Source: Nemertoderma westbladi (lineage: Eukaryota; Animalia; Xenacoelomorpha). Taken from it: a DNA stretch of 64,000 nucleotides. Shown here piece by piece: positions 12,223-25,890 of this stretch. The translations under genes and the position numbers were made by a program. The notes below the pieces were generated by a model that made no database searches, was not told the DNA's origin, and saw only the letters and a program-made list of their open reading frames with translations. Location of the stretch: assembly GCA_032718475.1 (NCBI GenBank), contig JAUCBJ010007234.1, positions 26,099-90,098 of the forward strand. The letters are read 5' to 3'. Each line of letters starts with the position of its first letter. Positions within the stretch are counted from its first letter, which is position 1.

Positions 12223-13599
12223 TCCTATACGCTTATATAAATGTAAAGATGTGTGACGGGATGAGTGTGTGTGCTGCTCACTGGTGCAGATCGTAAATCG
12301 TTTTTAACAAATAATTTTTCAAACAAGTATGTAAACGTAGATATGATTTCCAGTATATTATCAACATACTTGTCACTAAAATAGCTTAACTTGCTTTATG
12401 TGATATTAATAATTAATTACAGTTAAATACTAAATTTCCATACATGTTTAATATTATTTACATATATATTTCAGTTCGTCGATTTTATATTGTATATCAA
12501 CGACAACATCACGATTTAGCCAATGGATATGACAATTTGCCTATTTAAATATTATGGGCATTAATCCGCCTAGTGAATTCCCCATTTTCCCCAGCTACGG
12601 TATGTATTTTTTAAATTAGAATAATCTACAGAATCATTTTTAATTTATATGTATTTTATTTTTATAGTTTTTACTTATGATTTATAGACATTCTGACAGT
12701 AAAATATTACCATACCATTGTCGGTCGATAACAGCACATTAAAATTTATTCTGATTAAATTCGTGGTATCAAATTACATAGCAGTATGATTCTGTTTTTA
12801 AATTGAATCCGGTATATATCTTTATTGAGAATATTAAAATATCACTATATTTGTTAGAATTAGTAGAATTATGATTTTGTTAATATCATTTTAATCTTAA
12901 ATTTACGTTAAAACAATATTATTTCCATCATCTGAATCCAAAATCTCGCTAATTTACTTTATAAATAATAAATACTAATAAATTTCATCCCTTCATTTTG
13001 TCTGAATGGTTTTTTTTGTTTACTTAATATTTCTATAATATTGTGTGCTATTAATACATTATATTAATTAATTCCAATTCAATTAGTACTTCACTATAAT
13101 TACGAACGAATACTAATTTTATTTAACATTAAAGAACAATTGAGTAAATTTGGTTTGATAGTTCTCGGATATCAAAAAAAGCCCCTAACCCTAAAAGAAT
13201 ATACAGTTGTAGCCTATTTACTACTATTACGTGTTTTGGGTGGTAAATATGTATATATATCAGATATTCGTAATAATAGGAGATATTCTAGATGATGTTA
13301 AAAATACATAACTACTGTAGTTCTTTTAGTTAATGACGAATATTCAGTTCAGATATTAAATTTAAAAAGGGTATATAATAAATTAATTTACATATATTTA
13401 AATTGGCTAAGTGCCAACATTGTAAATAATGCTTAAAGTAAAACACTAAGTGATATAACTAACACATAGTACTACTGTTCTGGGATTATTGGCATTGTTG
13501 GATACATAATTAACTTAACGAACTAGTTTGATAATTTGCACCAGTAATACAATTATACAGTTTAGATTAGAGATGAAACCAGTGGGGTTCGCCATCTAA
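12223..13599 (+). mobile_element. Possible degenerate non-autonomous Helitron
   Basis: 5' TCCTATAC..ATATAAATGTAAAGATGTGTG start. The 3' end has a degenerate hairpin (gaaacc-agtg-gggttcgcc) then CTAA|T. The internal part ~13280-13460 resembles 18860-19030. Confidence 0.3.
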
Positions 13600-14139
13600 T
13601 TTACGTAATAATTGTACGTTTTATATAATTAGTAATTATTGACGTCCCATTTTGTGGCGTTACGATTTTTATTTTTTAAATTTATAACTTTTGTTCATAA
13701 TTCATAATTACAAGTGGCGTTTATACTGCCGAACTGATTGTGTACGTACTTTACTAAATGTAAAACAATTATGTAGTCTCCCTCGATCTACCCTATAACG
13801 GTCTGGAAAAAATGTGAATTAACCCTGCCTGATATATTAGTTGGTGTCAGAAATATATTATAATTCTTAGTTATTTTATAAAATTATGATTGTAGGTGCT
13901 CTGTAGTAGTCAGTGTATAATTCGTAATTTCATAACATTTAATTTCATATCTATATATTTAATGGTATGATATTGAGTTGTATACTGTTCAGGGCTTTTG
14001 TAACATTTCGTTTTGAATATATATTATATTTGATTCATATACATTTTATTTATAAATCTATAAGGTTAATAATTTTAATAATATAATTGTATGGAGTTAA
14101 ATTAAAGCGTTATTTTTCTTTTTAATTCATAATCACAAT

Positions 14140-14790
14140 CACTCACATAACTTATATTTACCGCTCGCACAACTTTATATCCACTCAAACAACTTTATAT
14201 GCCGTCTCGCTCACACAACTTTATTTGCCACTCACATAACTTATATTTACCGCTCGCACAACTTTATATCCACTCAAACAACTTTATATGCCGTCTCGCT
14301 CACACAACTTTATTTGCCACTCACATAACTTATATTTACCGCTCGCACAACTTTATATGCCTTATGCTGCCTCACTCTCACTACTTTATATACCACTCAG
14401 ACAAATTTATTCGCTGCTCACACAACTTTATATGCCTTATGCTACCTCACTCTCACAACTTTATATACCACTCACACAAATTTATTCGCTGCTCACACAA
14501 CTTTATGCTGCCTCACTCTCACAACTTTATATACCACTCAGACAAATTTATTCGCTGCTCACACAACTTTATATGCCTTATGCTACCTCACTCTCACAAC
14601 TTTATATACCACTCACACAAATTTATTCGCTGCTCACACAACTTTATGCTGCCTCACTCTCACAACTTTATATACCACTCAGACAAATTTATTCGCTGCT
14701 CACACAACTTTATATGCCTCCCCGCACACAAAACTCGCCGCTCACAAAACTTTATTCGCCGCTCACACAACTATATGTGACGCTCACAAT
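14140..14790. repeat. Higher-order minisatellite built on cacaactttat subunits (89-bp, then longer units)
   Basis: Seen directly. The ORFs over it are repeat artefacts. Confidence 0.95.
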
Positions 14791-15479
14791 TAACTCGGAA
14801 ACATGAAGGGATGTGGGGAATTAATGCAAATCCCATCTCGTTGACTTAATTAATAACTCGTTGACAATGTTTACTATCAACGATTACATGTTGCAGTTTA
14901 ATTTTTTAGTGTAATCGGTTGTTACTTAGGTCGTTTTTCTTGGAGAAGCGTCAATATCAATCGATTTGTTTATTGCAACACTATGTATAGTATAGGCTTA
15001 GCGAAACGATACTTGTAATTAACAACATAAAGGATACAAATACTGCGTTACATTTTAAAATATTATGTTTAGCAGTGTTGTCTAATTAATACGAAAGAGT
15101 CATGAAAGGTACAGAAATTAATCCACTCATCAGTAATCGAATTTTTCAATGTGTAAACTCGACTGTAAAGTTCAAAATTTACTCGCCAATAAGTCATAAA
15201 GATTTATGTAGATTACGATTTATTGTTATGTAATTTTTATGTTAATATTTGCTAAGTAAGTAATAGTGTAGTTGTTAAAAATCGAAAAAATTTTGACATA
15301 TTAATTTGTATGCAATCATATTTAATTTTTTATTAGTAACTATTAAATATCGCTTGCGTACCAAATATAAATTATGTAGATTTTTATTCTTGAGGATCAA
15401 GAAAAATATATTAATTTTGACCAAGGATTATTTTATTACTCCATTTTTCTGAGTTGCTACGCCGGGTTCACTGTGTCAA

Positions 15480-15805
15480 GTACCGGTACAATGCACACCA
15501 GACACTATATAACATTGGAGGTATCTCATTTGTTTCACCAAGCTTGACACTAGAACAAAGCCGCCTCCGCTTTGTAGGACATTGCTTTCGCCGTGAGGAC
15601 CAGCCAGTGCATAATCTTGTACTGTGGCAGCCTCATGGAGTGAATAAGCATGGTGGACAGCCCATGACTTTCTTGAGACGCATCTTAAAGGACACTGGCC
15701 TTGAAGATGCGGATGATCTAGCAAATGTCATGGGTGATAAGGAGTTGTGGCGGCGCGATTTTGTCGACAGGCCGGCACAGCATTCATGAAAATGCAGCTG
15801 CCTCA
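15480..15805 (+). mobile_element. RTE-type LINE 3' end fragment
   Basis: LYNIGG..SLTLEQSRLRFVGHCFRREDQPVHNLVLWQP; same family as 2480-2725. Confidence 0.8.
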
Positions 15806-16109
15806 GAGATAAATATACCTCGGAGTAGGAAAGCCTCGGCTTCGTCTCGGATAGTCGTCTACGCTCTACCGGAAACAACAAAACAACCGGGAAATAATTG
15901 CATGTTATCTAGCCCATGTTATAAAATAATATTCATTCCAGAACAATATTTATTTAACATGGGGTGAATCAGTCAGCTCGTAGTGGCAGAAACTAAAGTG
16001 GGTTGATTCTATTGGTTGTCTGGCAACTGGAGTAGCCTGCTGACGATTGGGGAAGCCTCATCATGTGTGGGCTGGGCTTCCATCCAATACTATATCTTGT
16101 ACTGTGTAA

Positions 16110-16320
16110 CTGTGGGGCGAGCCACGAAGTGAGTGAGCCTTAGCGTAGGGGTCCCATTAATCAACCTGTCGTTCTGTCGCGTTTTTTTTCAGTATTTTAT
16201 TTTAAACGTTAATAACTCGGCCAATCCTTGATGAAATCTATCCAAACTTGGTACACATGTTGTTTGGCAAAAGTTTGAAAATTTTCCAAGTAGAATTTGC
16301 GTGGGGCCTTCGTGCAGCAT
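16110..16320. mobile_element. Second copy of the Helentron/DINE-1-like dispersed repeat
   Basis: Similar to 8950-9295. Confidence 0.45.
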
Positions 16321-16980
16321 CAGTGTAACTGTTATTGCAGTTATAATAAATTTATTTATCCAAATTTAAAATGCGTTAAATTATTATTACTGTAGGATAA
16401 ATCAGCTGGGTTTCTGACAAATTTTGCAATACATTGGGGCTGTCTGCCAATCTGCATGTACCATGTGTACCGGTACTGTCAGGCTGTACTCAATCCCTGA
16501 ATCGAGAATCCTGCAATCAGTCAATACTGCAATACTGGTCAGTCGGTACCATACACTGCAGACATGCCATATGTAATCTAATTAAACATGGCCCCGGCAA
16601 CCCTTGCGGTGATTATAGTTTAGGCCTAATTAGCCCAGTACCGGCACCGGTAATAATAATATAATAGTTTAGATAGTTACCGCTAATCATTCAGTCATTG
16701 GCACGGTGCACCGTATTGCTGTACTGCCGTTGTAGTGCGCACCGTAGGTACCACCCTACTACCGGCACCGGCTCACCGGTGGCAACTAGCACTTCAGCAC
16801 TTGCACAGCAACAGCACTACCGGCGATACACAGGTTGAAATTTATGTAGAGTTTGCTCAACAGTACAGATATGAAATAGTTATCTAAATTATATATATTA
16901 CTATTGACAAGTATTGAAATATATACCGTTATTCGTGTTATCAGTATTTGCAACATCTGACATTGAAGAGGTGAGAGAAG

Positions 16981-17320
16981 ATGAATACCGGCACTCAACA
17001 AAACCAACGCTTATCACAGGTCGGTATGGTTACCTCGAAACCGGCGCGACTGTCCACTCGAATACAACTTCAAAACACAAACGCCAACAATAAACTGAAA
17101 GCGAATCGAACGTCTTCAGAAGAATCTGTCATTGGGACGAAGAAAAGGAAGCCGAAACCACGGGAATGGACCACAGCTAAGATTGAATGCTCCCATTGTC
17201 AGAGTTCCTGGACCGAAATTGAAACACCAATTGCCGATGGGCTTGATCTCTCAAACCAAAACTTCCTCTGCAGGGTTTGCGCGGCAGTAAAGATTGATAG
17301 TCTGGAAGCTGGCATCCCTA
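16981..17320 (+). pseudogene. Possible LINE (CR1/L2-type) ORF1 fragment with partial PHD-like Cys pattern
   Basis: IECSHCQSSW...NFLCRVC after a basic KKRKPKPR stretch. The ORF then runs into unrelated AT-rich sequence. Confidence 0.3.
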
Positions 17321-18837
17321 GGTATTATTATTATAAAGAGCGTCAGCCTGCGTTTAATAAATATATTTTAATACAAAACAGGTCGAACGCAAAGAGGCTT
17401 ATAATGAAGACGAGTACTGCATTGATTATATTCCTATAAACCACCTGGCTTTACATATTGAACGTGCGTTTGGAAATAAGTTCGTGCTACCCTTCCGTGG
17501 GTGGTAGATGTCGCGGTTATGTATTGGTGGGTGGGGGAGGGGGGGGGGGGGGGTGCAGATTAAAAGGGGTGAACACGTACTGTCCCCCTTTCTTTGATTA
17601 ATTGCTGGTGTGGGTTAATCTCTCATAACCTGATTTTGTGATCCAGTCCACAATTTAATTTGTATCTCATAACTGGGCCTCGTGCTGCGCGAAGGCCCCA
17701 CGAACGTGTACAATGTTAAGAATACCAGTAAAACATTAAAATAGGAGGGCTGCTTAGTAGTCAACGGTAGCAGCAGCAGATGTCGTAAATATTCATTCCA
17801 GAACATGTATTTATTAAACTTGGGGGTGTATACGGTTGGGTGCAATCTTCGCCCGAGGGGAACTTCGGCCGCAAGGCAATCTTCGTCCGCTAGCAACCTG
17901 CGCCCAATACGATTTGTGTTAGTAACCATTTTAGATACCAATTGAGGGAATGGAGCAGGTTACAGAGACGGCTTTTTCTAATTGTACATTACAACCTCGA
18001 GTTCAACTCAATTAAATTATAATACATGTAGCTGTTGGTGGTGGTCGCGTATAGCAATAATGCAATAATAATTAAATGTTAATAAAGTGACGCGTGTGAT
18101 GTACTGTGTAGTAGGTATATCAGCTGTAATAGCTTGAAAGATGTAAGTACAGAATATTATACCAATATAGAAAAGAAGGAGACAATTAAATTTGCACACT
18201 AAAATGATTTCAATTATTTTCTCTTGTGTAGAACCAAGGAAAGTTCTTACATTGGTAAAACGGAACAATTAAATTGATTTATTAATAATTTACATTACTT
18301 TTAAAATTGTAAATCTTAATATCAATTAAATTTTGTTTATAATATATTGCATACTCTCACGACCAGATGTTTGCAATGCCTTCAAAGAAATCGGAAATAA
18401 TTGATGCACTGAAGTTGGAAAACCCATCGACTGTGGAACTGGTCCTGAAAAAGATAGTTCCGACGTCAACAGAACCTCTCCAACAACAACAACATCAAGA
18501 GCCAAAAACACCAATAAAGGTACGTCTTCTCGAATTTTTTCCAAAAGATGCTCGTGTATGGTTCCAACAAGTCGAGGCTAAATGTAAATGATACCTTTGA
18601 AACAATCAAACAAAACATAATCACACACCTAGCTAAAAGCGACGATGAACGCCTGCGTCAATTGCTCGCTTAACAAACCCTTGGAGACAGAAAGCCATCT
18701 GCTGCTTTGCGTCAGATGCAAAGATTGGCCCATGGAAATGACCAAGTAATCCGATTGCGATTTCTAGAAATCCTACCTGAAACTGAAAGATTAAACGTTG
18801 AGATGGTACGGCAGGCCGACATTAGTGGTTGTTTGTT

Positions 18838-19431
18838 CATCATAAGAAATATAATCGAAATATTCTGGACGATGATGAAAATGTGTAACTTGTTCGTTTC
18901 GTTGATTATTATATTATATTAAAATATTGATGCATATAATTATAAAGTAACAAAATATATTTCAATGGCTAAGGGCCAACATTGTCAATAATCCTAAAAC
19001 AGTAATACTACTATTTTATTATGATATAACTCTGTAAATACCTATAAAATTGAGATGTGATTGTATGATAATATAATAATACCATTATTGACCATGATAT
19101 TGACAATGTTGGCCCTTAGCCATTGAAATATATTTTGTTACTTTATAATTATATGCATCAATATTTTAATATAATATAATAATCATAAGAAATATAATTA
19201 ACCGCTGGGGACTCCCCTGAATACTAAACAAGTTAGAGTTTACCGATCGAACATTTATTGAACATTGGAACATTTATTATGTAACTAAATTGTAACAATG
19301 TAACGTGTAAATATTAATTTGAATTAATTTGATACCTTGATAAAGGGCCGAGTGCCAGAAATCGATCAGTAAACTCTAACTTGTTTAGTATTCAGGGGAG
19401 TCCCCAGCGGTTAATTATATTTCTCATGATG
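18838..19431. mobile_element. Foldback insertion with nested inverted repeats, likely a Penelope pseudo-LTR terminus
   Basis: Perfect inverted repeat 18903-18989 / 19098-19185. Second inverted repeat ~19183-19250 / 19362-19431. Hammerhead motif at 19334-19370. Confidence 0.6.
19334..19370 (+). ncRNA. Minimal hammerhead ribozyme variant (U3-A8 core)
   Basis: acc-TTGATAA-agggc-cgagt-gcca-GAAA-tcga-TC-agt. The inverted copy at 19239-19250 implies ancestral ggt closing stem I with acc. Confidence 0.5.
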
Positions 19432-19919
19432 AAACTGTAAGCATCGCACTGACCAGCTTGTCTGACCTCGGTTTAGATTGACTAGCTGAAATAGCAGACA
19501 AGATGGTGGAACAGCGAGAGCTCAAAACCCAACATCAGGCCAAACAGCTGCCTGTGAGATTACACATGTGCAGATATTAATAGCATTCTAGAATCACAGA
19601 GAATGCTACAACAATCCCATCAACTCCTGGTTGATCAAATGTCACAAATTACTGCTCGAATGATGGAGTTATCTTGTAAAAGGATGGAGGTCACTTCTCA
19701 CGATCTAGAACACGTTGTCAGTATCAGCCTTCTAACTCAAACTGCAAATTTAGAAACAACAAACCATCTAATCACCAGTGAAACGGGAGCACTCTGCCAT
19801 AGGTGCGGCTCTTGGTAGAGTTAGAGCCATATACGTCGCATGGATCATCAAAACGATCGCCTAAAAACTCTAATACATAGCTACAGTACAATGCGGTTTT
19901 TAAAACTCCGTTATGCGAT

Positions 19920-20138
19920 GAACCAATTCTGCACCCTGTTGAACATTTCATTACAACAACTGGCGCCCCATGTTATGCACGCCCACGCCGTTTATCTAGG
20001 GACAAGTAAACAACAATAAAGAAAGAATTTTAAAGTACTCCAAGATACTGGCACGATAATTCGCACAGAATCACCACGGGCTTCGCCTGTACATGTCGCC
20101 TACAAACCGGATGGCTCAATAAGACCATGTGGTGATTA
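19920..20138 (+). pseudogene. Gypsy RT N-terminal part
   Basis: HPVEHFITTTGAPCYARPRRLS...SPRASPVHV..KPDGSIRPCGDY; continues after the LINE as CGDYQQLNRQTKPDRYPMPHI (22400-22463). Confidence 0.8.
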
Positions 20139-22399
20139 CTACTACTACTAGGTCGAGCGAACTCGGACAGTGGAAATGAGATCCTTCCAGGCTTCCCGAT
20201 TCTCCATAGTTGTCGCAATTTCGTTTCTCCCAAGTTCAGTATCCCTTTCAAGTTGATCTATATATGTTATGGCCGGTCGTCCACGACTACGCTTTCCATG
20301 AGTTGGTTGCCAGAGATGTAGATCTGGTATGACCTCATCTTTACTTCGCCAGCAGTGCCCACTGAATCTTAATCTGCGTTCACGGAGGGTGGTTGATACA
20401 GGTGGTATTGTACCATAAAGCTCGGCGTTTGTCATGTGTTGTCTCCAGCTGATGTTTAGGGCTGCCCTTAGTAGTCTTGTGTAGCAACCATCTATTCGTT
20501 GTTCAAGTGATTTAGTCAGTGTCCAGGTCTCACCCCCGTATAAAAATACACTTTCCACTGTGGCTCGAAAGAACTTAGTCTTCAGGTGCCTGGAGAGATC
20601 TGATTTCCAGATGGTATCCATTTTTGATAGAGCTACCCAAGCCTTTGCTTTCCTAACTTCTATGTCCTTTTTGCTACTCTCTATCCATGATCCAAGGTAC
20701 TGGAAGTCATCAACCTTCCTTAGTTGATTATTATCAATGGTTGTCAAGTTCCCATCAACATTAAAGGTCATGAATTCGGTCTTTGTAGCATTTATATGCA
20801 ATCCAACCTCCTTAGCAGCCCTCTCCACTTTATTTAGTAGAAGCTGTGCATCTGCTAGCGTATTAGAGAGCAGGGCGATGTCATCCGCAAAGTCGGTGTC
20901 TGTGACTGTAGTTGCCGGATATCTACTACTTCTGCGTTCTTGAAGTGTGAATCCCAGATCTTCACCCTTTGTGGCCGTCCTCATTGCGTAATCCAGCACA
21001 ATTACAAATAGTAATGGTGCTAATGTGTCACCTTGCAGTACGCCAGCCAGGATTGAGAAAAACTCAGTTTCACCATCTGGTGAGAGTACCTGCGCTTCTG
21101 TGTCACAATATAACAATCCAATGCCAGCAACAATTACTTCTGGTATTCCATAAGCTCTTAGGATTTCAAGCATTTTACCTCTATGGATGGAGTCGAATGC
21201 CTTCTTGAAGTCCACAAAAGTCATGACTGCGGGGAGATTCTTTGACTTAATTCCTTCAATCAGTCTCCGTAGTGCAAGTATCTGAGCTATTGTTGATCTA
21301 CTTGGTCGAAATCCGTTTTGGCTCTTACGCAGTAGTTTCTCTATGTGAGGCCTAATCCTATATAGAATCATTTTATTGTATATTTTGGCAGCTACCACAA
21401 GCAGACAGATCCCACGATAGTTTGTTGGTATGCCGAGGTCTCCTTTCTTGGGGAGAGGCTTTAGTTGACCTTTAGTCCAAATTGGTGGTGGCTTTTCCCC
21501 TTTTAACATCCGGTTGCAAACATTCAATAATGGTCTGTTTAGCACTCCGGTTTTCCATACCTCCGCTGGGATTTCATCTAATCCACTCGCTTTATTATTG
21601 GACATGCTTTTAATGCTTCTTTGGAGTTCGGCAGGTGTGAAGTCCCCTGTTTCTATAGGTAGTGTCTTGTCATATATTTTCCTTGTAGGGCTGACCTCGA
21701 TGTTTGGTGGCTGCCCAAGCAAGTTGCTGAAGTGATTTTTCCACTTCCCAACACGTTCTTCAGGACTATCGGCTTTGAGGCGCCCCTTTGCACAACTTTT
21801 CCGACCAGATACCTCATTTACAGTTTGCCAGGTAAGTCTTGATTGTTGCTGTATGTGAGCAGTTGTAATTGCTTCAGTTTTATCCTGTATGTACTTTTCC
21901 TGGCTGATGTTGTAGGCCAATTTAAGATCGTCCTTAGCTTTCTCAACCTTGTTAATGTTTTCAGTTGTTGGTTGTTCGGTTTTAACTTTGTAGGCTATCT
22001 TAAGATCTTCTCTCTTACAAGTAACCTCAGAGTTTTGCCATGGCACATACTGTTTTCGTTTGGGTTTCTGGGGGATATGCCTCTTAGCTGATTCCTTGTG
22101 GGCTGTTATTATATTCTGGTATATTGAATCGGTGGATTGGTCTTCATCCATTGACTGAAGTGCTTCAAAGCGGTTTTGAACTTCTACTGTATAAGCATCC
22201 TTTACAGCATTGTCAGTTCTGAGTTTCTCCCAGTCATAGTTGATTTGCTTGCTTGTCCTGGGTTTGCTGGCTCTCAAACTGAGTCTTATCTCTGCAGTCA
22301 CAATTCTGTGGTCCGAACCAATTAGGTTGAACGAGCTGTATGCCTCGCAGTTGATCATGCTGTTTCTCCACTTTTTGTTTATAAGGATGTAAAATAACG
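20139..22399 (-). mobile_element. 5'-truncated RTE-type LINE with 12-bp TSD (atgtggtgatta) and (TAG)n tail
   Basis: TSD at 20127-20138 and 22400-22411, sitting inside the Gypsy RT CGDY codons. Confidence 0.92.
20148..22399 (-). CDS. LINE ORF2 (end of AP endonuclease, SDH motif, plus complete RT), no internal stops; listed ORF start 22418 lies outside the element
   Basis: GSDHRIV; NYRGICLL; QNGFR; FVDFKKAFDSI; GVLQGDTLAPLLF; FADDI; FQYLGS; RLRFSGHCWR. Confidence 0.92.
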
Positions 22400-22464
22400 A
22401 TGTGGTGATTATCAACAACTAAATCGACAGACAAAACCTGACAGATATCCTATGCCTCATATAG

Positions 22465-23718
22465 CATATCATCAGCTGGCCGGATTAATGATTTGGCGGC
22501 CCGGATGCACTTTTGACTTTTTCACTAGCCCCCCCCCCCCCCCCCCCCCCCCCCCCCCAGTATTTATATTAAGCATTTTCAACTTAATAAAATTAACTAA
22601 ATAAGATAAATTGAAAAAGAAAGTAAAAAATCTACTTTTTTCCCATGTAATACGTAATGACATTCTTAAAATTGGTACTTTTTCGTTGCTTAACCCTATT
22701 TGGCCCGGGGGTGGGGAAGTCATTTTTGTTAGGATCACCCTTGGACCTAAGAGGCCTTGAAGTAATGACGGTTTCTACTGGTAATCTGTCCGGACCGTAA
22801 GTGCAGAAAAGTCTACTGCTGTACCTATATGGAATACTGACAAAAAGCGCGCCACACGCGTTCTGGTTAAACGAAAATCGCGCCACCCATGATATCAAAT
22901 GCGCGCCAAGCCAACAATTGACTATGAAATTTTGCAGTAATTGCTTAATTGTAATAATTTATCAGTTTATAATGCTGTAGCCCTACAGTATTTTAACATT
23001 AAAATGCGAGTGTAGCGAGCAAGGAAATTTTCCAATTATATCTGATTATGTTAACATAAATACAGTCTGACAGTAATAGTCAGATAGTGCTGTATAGTTG
23101 TAGTAGTAGTAGTAGTAGGTAAACGTCAACTGACTGTTTTTAAATGCAGATGTGATCAAGATGCGAGCGTAGCGAGCACGAAAATTTTAACATTTCAGCA
23201 TTTAAAGTAGGCAAAGCGACTGTTTTCAAATGTCAAATGCAGAAATGCAGATGTCATTAAATTGCGAGCTGGCGAGCGTAGCGAGCACGGAAATTCTGCT
23301 GAATCATGCAGGCTGTCATGGTTTTATTGGTTTGAAGAATCTGACAATTGAAAAACTTTTGAAACAAGTCATGTTTTTAATGGTCATGCTCAATCCGTCT
23401 GTTTCCATTTGTCCACAGCCAGACAGTGCTAAGAGTAGGTTTACAGTATAAACGCGAGCGAAGCGAGCGGACATTTTTCAATCTTTTTAAACCTATAGAA
23501 TAATTTCAAATAGAGCTGTAGAGTGGGATGTGTTGCCAGTGCACTGCTCTGCTACGCTACCTCCTACTGTCCTAACCTAACCCTACATCCATATTCGCGC
23601 CAGGACCGCCAGGATCCTCAATGCGCGCCACACGCCCCTGTCACTACGCGCCAGGATCCTTAATCCGCGCCACACGCCCCTGTCACTACGCGCCAGGATC
23701 CTTAATCCGCGCCACACA
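22465..23718. mobile_element. Non-autonomous DNA-transposon-like (MITE/hAT-like) sequence hosting the GalEa insertion
   Basis: Begins where the Gypsy RT breaks. Repeated gcgagcgtagcgagc motifs and 42-bp tandem units (ccaggatccttaatccgcgccacacgcccctgtcactacgcg) at 23590-23716. Confidence 0.5.
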
Positions 23719-23892
23719 TGTTGAGCAAACTCTACATAAATTCCAACCTGGCTGCTGTACCGTGGTACTGCAGTACTGTAGTACTCTGTAACCGGTATAT
23801 CATGCCTACCGGTGTAATTGTGTTATGTAAAATATATCTGATTGAATATATGTCGGACAGTCAGGAGTGATAAATTAATAGTCATTATTTCA

Positions 23893-23910
23893 TGGTAGCA
23901 GAGCGTGGTT
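23893..23910 (+). promoter_or_regulatory. Primer-binding site complementary to initiator tRNA-Met 3' end
   Basis: TGGTAGCAGAGC directly after the LTR-terminal CA; the PBS characteristic of GalEa elements. Confidence 0.9.
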
Positions 23911-23923
23911 GTTCCTCAACAAA

Positions 23924-25890
23924 ATGGCCGAATCAGCAGGTGTAGCAAGTTATAAAATACCCCCCAAAATGCGTGCAGATCTTTCCTATGACGACTGGAA
24001 AAAGGAAATAGAAATATGGCGTTTAGTAACTGATTTAAATAAAAAGAAACAAGGTCCGGTGTTGGCGTTATCAATGAGCGGAAAAGCGAGGGAAGCTACA
24101 GTGGATATACCAATTGCTGAATTAAGTGGTGAAGACGGACTAGAGAAAGTAATAACTAAGCTAGACGATTTATATTTAAAGGACAAGGAACTGTTGGCAT
24201 TTTGTGCTTATGAGAATTTTGAGAAGTATATACGCCCAGTTGGGATAACCATGGAGGAATATCTGGTGGAATTTGATAATTTATATTCAAAAGTAAGGAA
24301 ACATGGTATGGAGCTGCCAGATGGGGTGATTGCATTCAGACTTTTAACCCTCCCCCGGTAACGTGGGGTAAAATAATACCCCAAGGGGATTACTTTTGAT
24401 ATTTTTCGACAATCTCTCATATTATGTATGTCCAACTTCATAGTATCTTCCAAAAAACTTGTAATCTAATGATTGTGTGGGTCAAACCCATAAAATTTTG
24501 TTTATGAAAAATGTTATGGGCCCTTAATTTGAAAACAACTTAGTTAGGTAAGATGGGGTATAAAAATACCCCATAACGTTATGGTGCTCGTTTAGTGGTG
24601 CTTTGTGACTCATTTTGGTTTCATTGGTACCACAATGGTCGATTTAGTTGTACTAGACAGCTAGAGGCATGTTTTAACTTTGTCCTTTAAGACCAAATTA
24701 TCAGTATTATGAAGCTACTGTATTGTGTATGGCCTGTATTTCACAAGCCAAGACTTCGGCCTAATCGCGATGCGATAGATTGCTAAGTATATGTGAATAA
24801 TTCTTATTGTGTAGGCTTTCTTAGCGGTGTTCTGGCCTTTTGGGTCTCATTTTGGGTTCATTGAAACTGCAATGTATAATTTAGTTGGACAATAATCACA
24901 TTTTATAACCAAATCATCAGTACTTTTGCAGTCATGGTGTATATTTCATATTACAATTCAAGATATTGTGCTATTGCAGTATTGCGAGGTGATATATCTG
25001 TATATATATATATATATCACTTTGTTGACTTTTAGTGGTGGTATTTGACTCATTTTATGCTTATTGGAACTGCAATGGTATACTTCAAGGTGTACTTGAC
25101 CCCTAACACCACTAAAAAACCTAAAATGAGAAACACTCTCACAGCTAATGCTTCGCTATGATAGTATCTTGTTGCAAAACGCCCCATCGCGACGTTAATG
25201 ATGATCGCGATTGGAGTGGGATAACTTTTGTGCCCGCCATTGAGCGTTGGGTAGACTTCAACTAAATTGAAAAAAAAAATTCACAACTTATTTTTTCACC
25301 ATTTGGCAAATTCTGGGAGGGGGATTGCAGGTGTTTTTCTGTTTAATGTAACTTAAAATGTCTTATCAATTTGGGGTATAAAAATACCCCATGTTACCGT
25401 TGAAGGATAATTTTTTACCTTACCGGGGGAGGGTTAAAGAGCGCTGGACTGTCACACACAGAAGAACAACTTGCAAGGACAACTGTCCCTGTTTTAAGTT
25501 TCAAAGGTATGCGAGACACCTTGAAGAAAATTTCAGGGAAGAGAAGTGAGGTTTCATCAGGATTAGGTGAGTTGGATATAAAGCAGGAAGCTTTAGTGTG
25601 TTCGGATGAAATAGGTGAAGATGAGGTATATTTTACTGATAGAGGATTTAAAGGTTACCAGCGTGGAGGAGGAGTTGGTAGGTTTAATTATCGAAGGCCG
25701 AATCAGTATTCCCGTGGTCAATATAGTGGACATAGTGATCAGTTTGGTCGATGTCAGTTTTCAGATCAGCTTGGCAGAGGTCGGGGTTCTTCATATCAGT
25801 TTGACCGAGGACAAAGTCGGGGTTCTGGTGCAGTAAGAAATCCCCTGGATCGATATGGTAATATAACTAAATGTTTAAGGTGTGGGAGTA
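23924..25890 (+). pseudogene. GalEa gag (split by piggyBac MITE; zinc knuckle split by BEL element)
   Basis: YKIPP..SYDDWKKEIEIW..KKQGPVLALSM. Removing 24348-25437 restores FRLL|KSAGLS. RNPLDRYGNITKCLRCGS joins IYHYAANC at 37694. Confidence 0.85.
24348..25433. mobile_element. Non-autonomous piggyBac element
   Basis: TTAA TSD (24344-47 and 25434-37); 14-bp TIR ccctcccccggtaa; subterminal tggggtataaaaatacccc palindromic repeats. Confidence 0.92.

Larger units (their letters stand above)
18500..19520 (+). pseudogene. Gypsy gag remnant (interrupted)
   Basis: FFPKDARVWFQQVEA; RLRQLL..TLGDRKPSAALRQMQRLA..RFLEILP; resumes LD*LAEIADKMVE after 19431. Confidence 0.75.

Noticed and set aside
13180-13196. 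Telomere-like ccctaa motifs (also ~23571, ~41704)
   Set aside because: Only 1-2 units; not an interstitial telomeric array.
14199-14806. His-rich and Leu/Tyr-rich repeat ORFs
   Set aside because: Minisatellite artefacts.
18250-18265. Assigning a tRNA to the Gypsy PBS (ttggtaaaacgg)
   Set aside because: TGG is present but the element is too decayed to identify the tRNA.
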